IMG/VR virus record: IMGVR_UViG_3300021387_000688
DNA: 64,000 nucleotides
From: a virus
Taxonomy: Duplodnaviria; Caudoviricetes
Direction: 5' to 3' (one strand)
Made by a program: the position numbers and the translations under genes. The notes beneath the pieces are model-generated. The model was not told the origin of the DNA and searched no databases. It was given only the letters and a program-made list of their open reading frames with translations. Positions 46,999-58,393 of this stretch are shown here, piece by piece (the stretch's first letter is position 1; every line of letters starts with the position of its first letter).

Positions 46999-48781
46999 TA
47001 GATTTTCAGGAACAGGATCTCACGTACATCTTTTTGAAAAAGAAGTATATAACACAGTCCCTTCAAATTATATTTTCTATTATAAAGGTAGAGAAATTGC
47101 CAGAAGGGTAAACTATTCTTTGGAACAAGATCCTGTATACAAAACTCAATTCAAAAATGAGTGGCTAGCCAATGCTGTTGAACCATTAAACGAATATACC
47201 CAAATAGATTTATTTGATGCTCAAGGTAACAAAATAAACTTAGTTGCTAACTTACCACATTTGGATATTAAAAGAGCTTCATTAATCTATGAAGTTGAAC
47301 CAATCAATAATATTCCAGCCTCAATTTCTGTAGTTGTTTATACCGGTCCTACAGAATTAAATACAATTGTATCTAACGGAATGAACCAAATGGATGAAGG
47401 TTACATTCCTATTGAAGATAAAGATGTAGTTACTAAAGATTACCTTGACGATATAATTGAAGATTTCGTAGCTTCACATTCTGCTATAAGCACTATCGAT
47501 ATTTACCAAGATGAGAAACCTTTACCTAATGGTATAAACCATATCGATAATTTAGAGTATCCTGTATTGTTAGTAAAGGGGCAGAATAGTTTACCTGTAA
47601 AGAAATCTCAAATTGTCGTAGCACCTTTCGCAATTAGTAATTCTTATGTAGAACCTACTTTATGTATTCTTGTAAACGGAACTAGAAAATTATATGAAAC
47701 TAAAGTAGAAGACATTCTTGAAGAAAGGACTACGGTATGGCAAACCATTTCTACAGAAAACATTTTCAAATTAGGCGAACCTCCTGCAAAAACATATTGG
47801 AAGAATAGCTATAAAGTAGAATTCAACCCAATTGTATTAGAGGATTTATTAAACAATGATAACCCAATCTGTACAATTTCTTTAATGGTATCTGACCCTG
47901 TTAGTAGACAATCTGTACAAACAGAAATAAAAACAATAGGTATAGACATGCTTATTGGTAAAGGTCACGGGGAACAAGAAGTAACTTATGATCCAGATGT
48001 AATAGAACATCATAAAACGGTTTGGGTTTCTGGAACAGCTTACTATCCTAACACGGAAGATAATTATACTTTACCTTTAACTGTAAATTTGAAAAATAAT
48101 TTCTTAAACAATTTCAGGCCTAAAGTGGTTGCGAAAATAGTAAGAATACAAGATGATGAAAATGAAGAGACTTTGAATGAAATCTCTTTACCTAGTCACC
48201 TTCCTTTATCAGGTTTTGTAAAAGAAATACAAGTAACTTCAAAATACAATATACATACAACTGCATTAGAATTACACACTTATAATGTAAGGGGTGATTT
48301 ATTAGATGTAGTTAGAATTGAAATTGATTGCCATATTGATGAAAGCGATGAAAGTAATAGAGTTACTACACCAGATGCAGAAATTGTTTATCCTAATACA
48401 GAATTTGGGGAACCTTGGGACTCTAAAGCACCTTTAAACATTTTTGATATGATTTTGAAGGACGGGGAATATCATCACAACGATCCTAGAATTTCTGCAG
48501 TATGTTTCAAATATAAACCTATAGATTGTTATAGCCATGCTATCTTAGATATAGATACAGATGGAGATATCCAATTAATGTCAGAAGGTAATACAGGTTG
48601 GTTAGACGGAAAATCTTTATTACAACCTTTCCATGCACCTACTGCTCACGGAGACCCTTGCAAAGTAGATAACGGTACTAAAGGGTATTATTCATTTGGA
48701 AGAGTGGTTTATAAATCTCCGGTATTCGTAAGAATCATTAAAGCAACTCATGCAAAAGTAAATTCTATCGTCATAGAGTAA
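46982..48781 (+). CDS. Virion structural protein (baseplate/tail)
   Basis: 599 aa in a late unit; C-terminal YSFGR..Y..PVFVRI resembles the end of 48800..53767. Confidence 0.55.
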   Translation: MPGKNNRFSGTGSHVHLFEKEVYNTVPSNYIFYYKGREIARRVNYSLEQDPVYKTQFKNEWLANAVEPLNEYTQIDLFDAQGNKINLVANLPHLDIKRASLIYEVEPINNIPASISVVVYTGPTELNTIVSNGMNQMDEGYIPIEDKDVVTKDYLDDIIEDFVASHSAISTIDIYQDEKPLPNGINHIDNLEYPVLLVKGQNSLPVKKSQIVVAPFAISNSYVEPTLCILVNGTRKLYETKVEDILEERTTVWQTISTENIFKLGEPPAKTYWKNSYKVEFNPIVLEDLLNNDNPICTISLMVSDPVSRQSVQTEIKTIGIDMLIGKGHGEQEVTYDPDVIEHHKTVWVSGTAYYPNTEDNYTLPLTVNLKNNFLNNFRPKVVAKIVRIQDDENEETLNEISLPSHLPLSGFVKEIQVTSKYNIHTTALELHTYNVRGDLLDVVRIEIDCHIDESDESNRVTTPDAEIVYPNTEFGEPWDSKAPLNIFDMILKDGEYHHNDPRISAVCFKYKPIDCYSHAILDIDTDGDIQLMSEGNTGWLDGKSLLQPFHAPTAHGDPCKVDNGTKGYYSFGRVVYKSPVFVRIIKATHAKVNSIVIE

Positions 48782-48799
48782 TTTACCACTAAATAATGT

Positions 48800-51700
48800 A
48801 TGAGTAACATATTAGACAAAAGCACTACACTATGGAAAAATTATAAAGGTTGGGGCGACACTCATTCAGAAAGAGAAACTTTCGAAGAGTTGTACAGAGC
48901 TTTTAATAGGATTTCATCTGAACAAGTTTTAACTTACGGTCAGGATATTCCTAGAGAACCTTCTGATGCTTTATACGATGCAGTATCTCATTTAACTGCA
49001 ACTAACGATACAGCTTATTTACAAGAGTCATTATATAAGAAAATACCTATTGTTAAGAAACATGTAGAGGTAACTCTTGAACCAATCTCTCCAAATTGTA
49101 ACCATTCATTCATTGTAAAGATTGATGGTAAGCAAGCCAAAAATATTATACCTTTTGATTACAGTGATACAGGTATCTATAATTATGAATTAAAAACTCA
49201 AGAAGGTAGAGAGATACCTTTTGGTATATGTGATTGGATTTTAGATACAAACTCAAGTTTATTAGTTTTCCAAAATGGTACTCCATTAGGTGTAAGTGCA
49301 TCTAAACCTCCTGTATTGACATTCTATCAGTATGTTGGTCCAAGTGGTGAAAGACATTATATCGATGCAATCTTATTAGACACAGAGAACGTAGAATTTG
49401 AAAACGGCAGCCCAGTAGCCGATGTTACTCCTTATGCAAGAAATTCTACAAACAACATTGAAGAAGATTTCTTACACAAATATGGTTTACATGGAGGAGA
49501 TGGTAATCCAGGTATTGGATTGGAATATAACCTTCTTACTCCAGTAACAGATTCTAATACAAATGACCCTATCATGGGTTATGATGATAATAGTAACAGC
49601 CAAGTAGTAAATCTTTTATCAAGTAAAAAAGGTACCGGACCTTTAGAAGTATTATTTGTTTCTCAAGAAATTGAAAACGGAGAACATGTTGTAGTTGTTG
49701 AAAAAGATGGTATTTCTAAAATAGATGAAGAGCATGGCTTCTTTGTAGTTAAAGCAGCTCCAGGTACTTATACAATTACAGTAGAAGAAACCGAAGAACT
49801 TAAGACTGTACTTTTAGTAAAGGATAATGAAACTCAAGATTGGGAATTATTCTTCCCTCGCAGTCCTTTACAATTAACAGTTAAGTTACCAGTATTTGCA
49901 GATTTAATTACATTGCCTCCACATCTTAAATTATCTGTATTCAATTCTTATTCAGACCATATTACTCATCAATATTATGGTCCAAGGACAGTAGACTTTG
50001 TAATTGCAACAGATGAATCTGCTAGTTGGAGATCTGCAGACTTTGTAATTTATAACAAAGACAAATTCTATTTGAAAGACGCCTTCGCCGTAAAAGAAGG
50101 TAAACATATACTTGCAAGAAATGCAACTTATAAAAACCATGATGAAGAATTAGAAATTAAAGGTATGACTTTCTCTGGAGAAACTAAAGAGAATGTTATA
50201 TTAAAAGAACTTTCAATCAAACTTGAGGATGCAGTATTAGAGAACGCTGTAATAGAAGGGGACATTGAAGTTTCCGGAACTTCTATTTTAAGAAACGTTA
50301 AATGTACTGGTACCATAACTGTAAAAGAAGAAGGTACATTATTAATAGAAGACAGTGAATTAAATACTGTAGAAAACTATGGCGAGTTGAAAGTTTTCGA
50401 TTCTGGTGTAATTAATATTAGAACTTATAAAGTTCAAAAAGAAGATATAACTGCTTATGCAGTAACTACTATCTTTGATACTACAGTTTCTAATGATTTC
50501 TATTCAGAAGGAAAAGTTTATGTAAACGGTGGTTACGTAAATAACTTTACAGTAGAAGAGGGTGCCTTCTATGTACAAGGTTCAAGAATTTCAAACTTGA
50601 AAGCAGTTGAAGCTGAAGAAGGTTCATTACTTGACACTACTTCAATTGACTATGTAGAAAACTTGCCTTCTACTGTTAAAATTGATTCTTCTTATGTAAC
50701 CAAATTCTCTGATGCTGTTGAAAGACCTGTTTATCCAGACGAGGCTACAATGCCTTTCTATACAGCTTTCAATAATAGAGTTTATGCAAAAATACCTGCA
50801 CCATTTAAGTACGAGCCAGAAACAAATACATTAGAACTTAAATTGGATAGCATTACTCATACATTATTCATTAACGATAATGGAGAGTTGCAGGCAAGAT
50901 TCTTCAACAGTGATGAAATTGCATTTACTTCTAAAGACAATGTAAAGACTCAAATTGAAGAAGTTTATGGCGAACACGCAGATACTGTATTAGATAAAAA
51001 ACGTCCAGACAATGTTGATGAAGCTTTGATTGATTTGTATTGGTCTAAAGCAGATTTGAAAGGCGGTAAAATTCCTCTTGATCAAATCCCAGACGCTATT
51101 GCAAGTGGCGGTTTGTCTCCAGTAGGTACTTGGTCATTTGAAGACCATGGAGGTAGATATCCTACATTCGCAGATATAGACTTTAGGTTTATGAGCGATG
51201 ATAGTTATACTGACTTACAAAGAGGATGGTTCTTCATTGTAGCTGCTTCTCATAAAGATGACGATCCTTGCTACCCACAAAGAGCAATTGACGGAGTTGA
51301 ATTTACTGCAGGTGACTGGATTGTATATGGAGGAAGAAATAAAGAGTTAGTAAGAGACAATATTACAGTTCAGCCTTTGAATGGAATGTCCCCTGTAAAA
51401 GAAGATAAAAATACTTTTTTACAATACTCTAAAGATTATGGAAAGACAGCTGTATTCTCTTCTTGTAAACAGTACAGTGATAAGAATAAGAAGTTTAATG
51501 ATTTAAGTACAGTAGCTTTCTTCGAGAATAAAGTTGACTTATACAAATCTGAAGGTAACTTCCATTTTGTAGAATCTTATCCAGTTGAATATATTGAAGG
51601 AGTATTTACAGGAGATAGAGAGGGAGTTGTCCCTTATAGAACTGTAACTCAGATTAAGATTGGAGAATATACATTTAATGTATTAGGTACTGCAGTAAGA

Positions 51701-53767
51701 AGTGATGCAACTTCTTATAATAATCTTTATACCCATTACCTTACTAAAGAAGATTACTTAAATGGTAAGGCAGGTACAGTAGGTCGTTTAATCTTAGAGG
51801 CCGCCAATGATGAATCTAAAGATTGGGCAGAATCTATATTTGAAACGGTAGATGGTAAGTTTGCTTTAAGACCAACCATGATAGATGGTTGGTATGGCGA
51901 AACTCATGCAGAGAATGATTTGCCATTGGATAAATGGGATGCAATATATACAATCATTGCTTATTGGAGTGGTGCAGTTCCAGGAGCAGATCATCAATTT
52001 GATAAATGGGAAAAGATTGATAGAGCTTATCTCGATCCTGTATATTCCAGATTACCAGAAATGGCACCTGTAAAAGATGGTGTAAACGTACATTGGTCTG
52101 TAGATGATGGTGGTACAGGTTTATTGAGATTAGATTATAAGACTTTAGCAGAAGCTATTAGACTTATAAATGAACAGTTGTTAAACTTCTATCCTGATAG
52201 ACCAACTACTATTAGAAAAATTCAACCAACAATTGATGTAGAGAAAACAACTTCTCCATTAACAGAATATATTGAAATCGATTTAGGACAGTTGAGTCAA
52301 TATGTAACTGATGCTCCAAAATATGCTTATGATGCAGGTTTAGGTGTAGTAGCTATTTCTCAAACCGGCGTGCACGATTATTTGCCACTTGAATGTTGCT
52401 TCTATTCTGGATTAGAATCTACTGTAGATGTATTAGATTTTACAAAATCTGTTTTGGCAGATAATGAATTCAATATTGAAAAGTTTGATCCTTATGAAAA
52501 ATACAAATTAGGATTTAGAGCCCCTACTAAGATATTAGCAACTGAGATTAATGGATTATTAAATATGGGGTTGATTGAAGGTTATGCATTCAATCACTCT
52601 ATTAGATTCTCTCAATACGATTTAGTAGCTGACGCAACTGTATTGAAAATACCTGAATTGGAAGGAGAGTCTTTAACATTAGAATTTGAAGAAAGAAAAT
52701 TCTATGATATGTCAGAGACTATCATTAATCCTTGCGTATCGACTGAAGTAAATATTGCAGCTTTGAACAACTTAATGAACTCAAACAGAACTGGTGGTAT
52801 AGGATTTATACCTAATGGAACTTCTGTAGTAGGTCAATTCAAGATTAACAACTTTACAAAGTATAAGTCAATTTCTAAAGATGCAAAAGTTGAAATGACC
52901 GCAAGATTTGGAGAAGTAGAACTTCCTGTAGAAATTACAAGCCAGTACTTGGATTTAGTAAATAGGGAAGAAGGTGCATTTGACCTTACAGTACAATTTG
53001 CAATTCCTATCGAATTAGATATAGATGCTGTAGATGAGCTGGAAGTAAAAGCAAGTTGTTCGAACTTTGGATATGACGTTCCTGAAACAACAATCTTAGA
53101 TATAAAAGATTTGTATGTTTGTCAACCAAATGAAATGATGGAATTACAAGTACAGCCAGGTGTAGGAGTCAATCCAACATTCGGTACAGGTGCAAACGAT
53201 TTCGGTGCACCTTATGTTAAGAAAGATTCTATCAATGCATGCAATGAATTAGCTTGGTTAGACGATGAAGGAATTGGTTATCAATTCCCTAAGAAAGATT
53301 TATATTTGAACAAATTAAATAATGATTTGGAAGCAAATAATTATCAGCCTAATGATAAGAATGGTACTCCAATAGAAGATGAAGAATACCGTTACGTAAT
53401 GTTCAAATATTCTTTAGGAGAGATTAAAGACATTTGCGGATTTACAATTGCACTTGATTGGGATACTACATTGCCAGAAGTTTCTAACTTAGACGGTACA
53501 TTGAAAGGAGTTACTTTACAAGTAATGCCTCGTTCTCAAGAATTGCAGAATGTTAATTTATCTAATGGTAATTCTCCAGTTCCAGTATTCTTCCAAGCCG
53601 AATTCACTCCTGATGAACCTTGTTTATATCCTGGTCACGGAGATGCTAAATTCAGAAGAATTACATTTGGTAGAAAGCCTATTCCAGTAGAAGATATTTA
53701 TATAAGAGTTGGTATCGCTAAAAATACAGGTCTGTGTCTAAATAAAATAGGAGTGTTCTTAGAATAG
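48800..53767 (+). CDS. Very large virion structural protein
   Basis: 1655 aa; beta-helix-like central region; GKIPLDQIP...GWFFIV...GDWIVY module; ACTAAAT-N5-ATG. Confidence 0.65.
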   Translation: MSNILDKSTTLWKNYKGWGDTHSERETFEELYRAFNRISSEQVLTYGQDIPREPSDALYDAVSHLTATNDTAYLQESLYKKIPIVKKHVEVTLEPISPNCNHSFIVKIDGKQAKNIIPFDYSDTGIYNYELKTQEGREIPFGICDWILDTNSSLLVFQNGTPLGVSASKPPVLTFYQYVGPSGERHYIDAILLDTENVEFENGSPVADVTPYARNSTNNIEEDFLHKYGLHGGDGNPGIGLEYNLLTPVTDSNTNDPIMGYDDNSNSQVVNLLSSKKGTGPLEVLFVSQEIENGEHVVVVEKDGISKIDEEHGFFVVKAAPGTYTITVEETEELKTVLLVKDNETQDWELFFPRSPLQLTVKLPVFADLITLPPHLKLSVFNSYSDHITHQYYGPRTVDFVIATDESASWRSADFVIYNKDKFYLKDAFAVKEGKHILARNATYKNHDEELEIKGMTFSGETKENVILKELSIKLEDAVLENAVIEGDIEVSGTSILRNVKCTGTITVKEEGTLLIEDSELNTVENYGELKVFDSGVINIRTYKVQKEDITAYAVTTIFDTTVSNDFYSEGKVYVNGGYVNNFTVEEGAFYVQGSRISNLKAVEAEEGSLLDTTSIDYVENLPSTVKIDSSYVTKFSDAVERPVYPDEATMPFYTAFNNRVYAKIPAPFKYEPETNTLELKLDSITHTLFINDNGELQARFFNSDEIAFTSKDNVKTQIEEVYGEHADTVLDKKRPDNVDEALIDLYWSKADLKGGKIPLDQIPDAIASGGLSPVGTWSFEDHGGRYPTFADIDFRFMSDDSYTDLQRGWFFIVAASHKDDDPCYPQRAIDGVEFTAGDWIVYGGRNKELVRDNITVQPLNGMSPVKEDKNTFLQYSKDYGKTAVFSSCKQYSDKNKKFNDLSTVAFFENKVDLYKSEGNFHFVESYPVEYIEGVFTGDREGVVPYRTVTQIKIGEYTFNVLGTAVRSDATSYNNLYTHYLTKEDYLNGKAGTVGRLILEAANDESKDWAESIFETVDGKFALRPTMIDGWYGETHAENDLPLDKWDAIYTIIAYWSGAVPGADHQFDKWEKIDRAYLDPVYSRLPEMAPVKDGVNVHWSVDDGGTGLLRLDYKTLAEAIRLINEQLLNFYPDRPTTIRKIQPTIDVEKTTSPLTEYIEIDLGQLSQYVTDAPKYAYDAGLGVVAISQTGVHDYLPLECCFYSGLESTVDVLDFTKSVLADNEFNIEKFDPYEKYKLGFRAPTKILATEINGLLNMGLIEGYAFNHSIRFSQYDLVADATVLKIPELEGESLTLEFEERKFYDMSETIINPCVSTEVNIAALNNLMNSNRTGGIGFIPNGTSVVGQFKINNFTKYKSISKDAKVEMTARFGEVELPVEITSQYLDLVNREEGAFDLTVQFAIPIELDIDAVDELEVKASCSNFGYDVPETTILDIKDLYVCQPNEMMELQVQPGVGVNPTFGTGANDFGAPYVKKDSINACNELAWLDDEGIGYQFPKKDLYLNKLNNDLEANNYQPNDKNGTPIEDEEYRYVMFKYSLGEIKDICGFTIALDWDTTLPEVSNLDGTLKGVTLQVMPRSQELQNVNLSNGNSPVPVFFQAEFTPDEPCLYPGHGDAKFRRITFGRKPIPVEDIYIRVGIAKNTGLCLNKIGVFLE

Positions 53768-55888
53768 ATGCTGACAGACTTAAAGAAATACGATCCTAAT
53801 AAATATATGAGAATGGATGACCAGTTTTTGGACATCCTGCTTGATGCACTTGCAGGGGATCCAAAGGCTTTGGCCATGCCAGAGATTCAATCTATTAACG
53901 TAGATAACTTAAAAGCCGCTTTAGAGTTTTATGCAAATTCAAATTCCAAATTAGGAGATTATGCAAATACATTAGCTTCAGATGGATGGAGGTTGATGTA
54001 TAAAAGAAAGCCACCTACACCTGAAGAATTTTTAACTTATGAATGGATAGGTCCTCAGTCTGAAGGTTTGTGGCCTAACGTTAAAAAAGCATTCGTAGAG
54101 TTCTGCGATCCAAGTCCATTAAATCCAAAACGAGGGTTGGCTTTGTCAACTTCAATTGGATGGGGTAAATCTTTACTTTCTAACTTAATTGTAGCTTATA
54201 CAATCTTGCAATTCTGTTTCATGCGAGAACCTTATAAAGTATTAGGTCATTCGGCAATGACTTCTTATTGTATTGCCTTAGCTGCATATTCTTTGAATAA
54301 AGTATGGGACTTGTTAGGTACACCACTTGAACAGTTTATTGAGCAGAGTCCTATTTTTGAAAAAGTACCTCACCGTGAAGACGTAGTTAATGCAGATAAA
54401 CTTGATCCAGGCTGTAATAAAATCATTTATTCAACTGCAGGTCGTGGATCTGCTCGTATGTTGTTTAGAAATAATCTTCAGTTGAAGATGATGTCTACTG
54501 AAGGTCACTTGTTAGGAAACACGATTATTGCAGCAGTATTTACTGAGTTGGCATGGTGGGAACAAAACGGTTGGACAAAAGAACAAATTAAAAGATTCTT
54601 TGATAAAGCCTGTCAACGTGTTGACTCTCGTATGGGTGGACACTTCTTAGGAAGATATATTATCGACTCTTCTCCTTTCTCATTAGAGTCTCCAATTGAT
54701 AAATGGATTTGGGAAGAAGCAATTTATGATCCAAAATGGTATTGCGTATTAGGTGCCAAGTGGGATTATTTTAAGAATGAGTTCCCTGGCTTCTTTGATA
54801 AGAATGGCGAAGAAATACACAACTGGGATGTAGGTTTCCAATGTTATAAAGGCGGAAAAAATGAACCTCCTAAGTGTTTGAAATCTGAAGTAGAAGCTCA
54901 ATTATATGATCCATTAGACTTAGTATGGTGTCCAAGATTGGATGTTACTGCAAAAGGTACTACACAATTAATGTCTCTTGCAATGCAGAACCCAATTGAA
55001 TTCTTAAGAGACTGGGCAGGTATTCCTGCAGGTTCTTCTGATAGAATTTTCCAAGCCGGTGCTGTAGTAGAAAATATCTTTGACAACGATTTGAAAAATA
55101 TTTATACTTCTATTGTAGCGGATGCCGCCTATGAACCTAAAGATTTAATATGGAATCAAATTAAAGATAAATTGTTTATAAACTTTAACGGCAATTACAT
55201 GTTTTATAGAGAGCCTCATGCTAAACGCGTATTATCTGTCGACCAGTCATTGACAGGAGACGCAACAGGTTTATCTGTATGTCACTGGGAGTTTGAAAAA
55301 GAAAAAGATGGAGTGACTACACATAATATTTGTGTAGTAGATTTCACTTTAGCTATTATTCCAAAAGGTGGAAGAATTAACCTTGATGCTATAAAGGACT
55401 TTATTATGGCTTTAATAGAATATGCCGGTATGAATATTGCATATGTAAACTTCGATACTTTCCAATCTGAATCTACTAAACAGTATTTGAAGAGAAAGAA
55501 AATACCTATCGAATATATTTCTGTAGATAAGGATAACGGTCCTTATCAAACTTTAATTGATTATGTAACTCACGAAAGATTGGTTTGTGGAAAGAACATT
55601 TTCTTTAAGAATAATTTAAGATCTTTGCATTGGTCTAAGAGAGATACAGGTTCTGTAAAGATTGATCACTTTAAAGGAAAGATAACTAACGAATCTTCAA
55701 ATACAAGTTGGGAAGATTCTATGTTAGGAACAAATGCAAAGGACGTTGCAGATACAGTGGCAGCTTGTATAGCCATGCTAACAAAATATGATGTAGAATT
55801 AGCTCCATCTACAGAATGGAGAAATACTAAGCTTCTTGGTCCAAAATCTGTAAATGAAACTTTGAAAAAATACGGATTTAAGATTTAA
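53768..55888 (+). CDS. terL: Terminase large subunit
   Basis: Walker A STSIGWGKS, Walker B-like AAVFTEL, IIDSS coupling motif, nuclease VLSVDQSLTGD, FDTFQS, KDVADTV. Confidence 0.85.
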   Translation: MLTDLKKYDPNKYMRMDDQFLDILLDALAGDPKALAMPEIQSINVDNLKAALEFYANSNSKLGDYANTLASDGWRLMYKRKPPTPEEFLTYEWIGPQSEGLWPNVKKAFVEFCDPSPLNPKRGLALSTSIGWGKSLLSNLIVAYTILQFCFMREPYKVLGHSAMTSYCIALAAYSLNKVWDLLGTPLEQFIEQSPIFEKVPHREDVVNADKLDPGCNKIIYSTAGRGSARMLFRNNLQLKMMSTEGHLLGNTIIAAVFTELAWWEQNGWTKEQIKRFFDKACQRVDSRMGGHFLGRYIIDSSPFSLESPIDKWIWEEAIYDPKWYCVLGAKWDYFKNEFPGFFDKNGEEIHNWDVGFQCYKGGKNEPPKCLKSEVEAQLYDPLDLVWCPRLDVTAKGTTQLMSLAMQNPIEFLRDWAGIPAGSSDRIFQAGAVVENIFDNDLKNIYTSIVADAAYEPKDLIWNQIKDKLFINFNGNYMFYREPHAKRVLSVDQSLTGDATGLSVCHWEFEKEKDGVTTHNICVVDFTLAIIPKGGRINLDAIKDFIMALIEYAGMNIAYVNFDTFQSESTKQYLKRKKIPIEYISVDKDNGPYQTLIDYVTHERLVCGKNIFFKNNLRSLHWSKRDTGSVKIDHFKGKITNESSNTSWEDSMLGTNAKDVADTVAACIAMLTKYDVELAPSTEWRNTKLLGPKSVNETLKKYGFKI

Positions 55889-56670
55889 CAAGCTTCGTCA
55901 TAACTAACATCCAAGAATGCACTTTCTAATACACCTCTTAAATGATTAGACTTAACTTGATTGACTTGTTGATAAGGGTCTACTAAAGAATAGGCGGTAG
56001 TAGCAATTGCAGATACTTTTTTATCTTGACGACTTTTCTGCAACATAGAAATGTATAAAAGATATTCAAGGAACATTGTATCGAGTTTTTTATAATCATG
56101 CAACTCTTCTACTTTTTTAAGTTCTTCGCAAGTACGATCTACTCTATTCATAATATAATCGATTGCTTCATCTAAATCGATTTCTTCCCCTTGTTCTTTC
56201 AAATACTCTTTATAAGAAAGACGGGTTTCATTAGAAATAGAATTTTCATCATCTCCCCAAGTTGCATTTAATGACATCTTGGAGTCAACGTTTGTACCTT
56301 TGAAATATTCTGATAGAACTTCACGTACCTTAAAAGTAAGAATACCATAGAACGAAGCACCTACTGCAGGTTCATCATTTCTGAAGTATCTCTTTAAGAA
56401 GTTTTCAGCTGCAGTATCTGCCATGCCTTCTACGATAGCGCCATCAATATAATCGTTTCCTCCAGACAGCATTTTCAAAAGAATAGACTTAGCATATTCT
56501 CCTAATGCTTTCTTGAAATCTTTTAACACTTTATAATTATTTTTTACCAATACTTCATACTGGTAATTTTGACAATCTACTTCAATCTGTGGCGGATTTG
56601 GCTTATAATAAAACTTGCTTTTGAACTCTTTATATTCTTCTTCGGTCATTCTAGGAGCATCATAAATCAT
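55885..56670 (-). CDS. Putative phage sigma-factor-like protein
   Basis: ASFYGILTFKVREVL (region 2-like) followed by KMSLNATWGDDEN (SLD..gddd region 3.2-like). Confidence 0.45.
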   Translation of the reverse strand: MIYDAPRMTEEEYKEFKSKFYYKPNPPQIEVDCQNYQYEVLVKNNYKVLKDFKKALGEYAKSILLKMLSGGNDYIDGAIVEGMADTAAENFLKRYFRNDEPAVGASFYGILTFKVREVLSEYFKGTNVDSKMSLNATWGDDENSISNETRLSYKEYLKEQGEEIDLDEAIDYIMNRVDRTCEELKKVEELHDYKKLDTMFLEYLLYISMLQKSRQDKKVSAIATTAYSLVDPYQQVNQVKSNHLRGVLESAFLDVSYDEAC

Positions 56671-56741
56671 TTAACTTTTCCTTTTACGCGGCCATACTTG
56701 CCGGTACCTTAGAAGTATAGAAAGGGGTTTTCGATTATTTT

Positions 56742-57056
56742 CTATAATTTTATGTCATCAAAAGTATAGTCTAAATCTTTTGCATCTGCGACCAATTTTG
56801 AAGTACCAAATAGTTTATCATAAGTTACATTATCGATACCTTTTTCTTGATCTCTATACTTTTTTAATTCTTTAGCAATTTCTTCAATCCAATCGAGACC
56901 ATTATAAGTCATTGAGACTCCTAATATATCTGCCATACCTGCAAGTATCGCAATTTGGCCGTATCTAAAAACTTCTTCTTTCGAAAGGTCTTCTGCTTTA
57001 TATCCTTTCTGTTTAAGAAATTCGTTAAAACTTATAAGTCTCATTGTTCTTCCCAT
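56742..57056 (-). CDS. Putative internal head protein
   Basis: Start at MGRTM (GAGG RBS; ACTAATT at 57075-57081); LISFNEF resembles T4-type capsid-targeting N-termini. Confidence 0.5.
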   Translation of the reverse strand: MGRTMRLISFNEFLKQKGYKAEDLSKEEVFRYGQIAILAGMADILGVSMTYNGLDWIEEIAKELKKYRDQEKGIDNVTYDKLFGTSKLVADAKDLDYTFDDIKL

Positions 57057-57098
57057 AATTTTCGTCCTCTTAAAAATTAGTAGGTAAATTATTTTTGG

Positions 57099-57130
57099 CA
57101 AAAGAAAACCCTCTATTCACATAGAGGGTT
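57099..57130 (-). terminator. Rho-independent terminator
   Basis: AACCCTCTAT-TCAC-ATAGAGGGTT with U-tract on minus. Confidence 0.75.
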
Positions 57131-57147
57131 AAGTAAACAAATAAGGG

Positions 57148-58323
57148 TTACAACAATTTACCAGACAACATCTGAATTTCGCCTGATCTTAAAGCAACCG
57201 CATTATCTACATTTTCATCATATATAAAGGTCAACAACTGATTTCCCTTTACAATGTTACAAATAGATCTGAGAGGAAGTGCAATTGCGAATGAAGTGAA
57301 AACATCATCGCTTGGATTTTCATCTGCAACGTTTCCTACATTTACATTTACTTTTGAAGTAGATGCTTCATCAGATCCTGTCGACATTTCAAATGAAACA
57401 CCTTCACCGTTCTTATAAAGTTTAACTTCATAATTCCTTGTTTCAATAAATGTCTGAATCTTGCTACCAACAACATCGAATGTTGTAAACAATTCATTCA
57501 AATCAACTTCTACTTTTGTAGAAGTATTTTCATCTGGAGTGATACTTGCCAAGTCTTCATCGCTTGGATTCTCATCTGGTGCATCAAATACTGCAGATAC
57601 GTTTCTTACAACTTCATTCTCTCCAATATAACCAACAATCTGCAAATGCTGACCGGACTTAAGTTTTACTGTATCGCAATAATCCAAGTACTGCAAAATC
57701 TTATTTGCCATGTACATGTTTACATAAAGTTCTGAACCATCAGTTGTAAACTTTTCATTGTTTGGAGTTCTGAAGAAGAATGAATCATCGCGGAATGTAA
57801 TTGAGTTTCCAACAAACATAGATGCTTCTGGATTAGAAGACATGTTTGCCAAATAGTCTACAATTGCAGACTGCTTATCTACGTCCAATTCAATATTTGG
57901 AGTTGCATCGTTAGATTCAATAATAGAAAGGAATTCGTTTAACTGACTTTCTACTTCTGATACAGAAGATGTATAAGAATCTTCAGCTCTGAAAGAACCA
58001 ATCTTCATTACAATCTTTCTTTCCTTAAATTCGAAAGTTGTTCCATTCTCCATCATAGAAAGAATCTTAGTTGTAAGAGAAATATAAGTTTCTGTTCCAA
58101 TTGGATTTTCGTCATCATCTGCTGGCAACTTAACAAAAGATAAACGGCTGGCCGGAATAGCACATTCATACAATGAACATTCCCAATAACCATCCTGTTT
58201 AGTTCCTTTAAGTACTACAGGAGTTTTGTTTTTAGAGACATCCTTCAAGTACTTGAAAAATGGAGTTGAATCTCCATTAAGTTCATTAATCTTTTCTAGA
58301 TCAATATTAATTCTGATATCCAT
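57148..58323 (-). CDS. Putative DNA sliding clamp (beta-clamp-like)
   Basis: 391 aa, acidic, alternating alpha/beta repeats, size of a three-domain clamp; no diagnostic motif seen. Confidence 0.4.
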   Translation of the reverse strand: MDIRINIDLEKINELNGDSTPFFKYLKDVSKNKTPVVLKGTKQDGYWECSLYECAIPASRLSFVKLPADDDENPIGTETYISLTTKILSMMENGTTFEFKERKIVMKIGSFRAEDSYTSSVSEVESQLNEFLSIIESNDATPNIELDVDKQSAIVDYLANMSSNPEASMFVGNSITFRDDSFFFRTPNNEKFTTDGSELYVNMYMANKILQYLDYCDTVKLKSGQHLQIVGYIGENEVVRNVSAVFDAPDENPSDEDLASITPDENTSTKVEVDLNELFTTFDVVGSKIQTFIETRNYEVKLYKNGEGVSFEMSTGSDEASTSKVNVNVGNVADENPSDDVFTSFAIALPLRSICNIVKGNQLLTFIYDENVDNAVALRSGEIQMLSGKLL

Positions 58324-58393
58324 AATTGAGTTTGTGCTCCTTATTTGTTTTTATTCAATATAGGTGGGAGTTTAAGATGTGAACCAATTATTT

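Noticed and set aside
53765-53770. In-frame stop-ATG junctions (53767/53768, 22817/22818, 17668/17669) as further readthrough or bypass sites
   Set aside because: Each downstream gene has its own ATG and RBS, and no motif is split across the junction.
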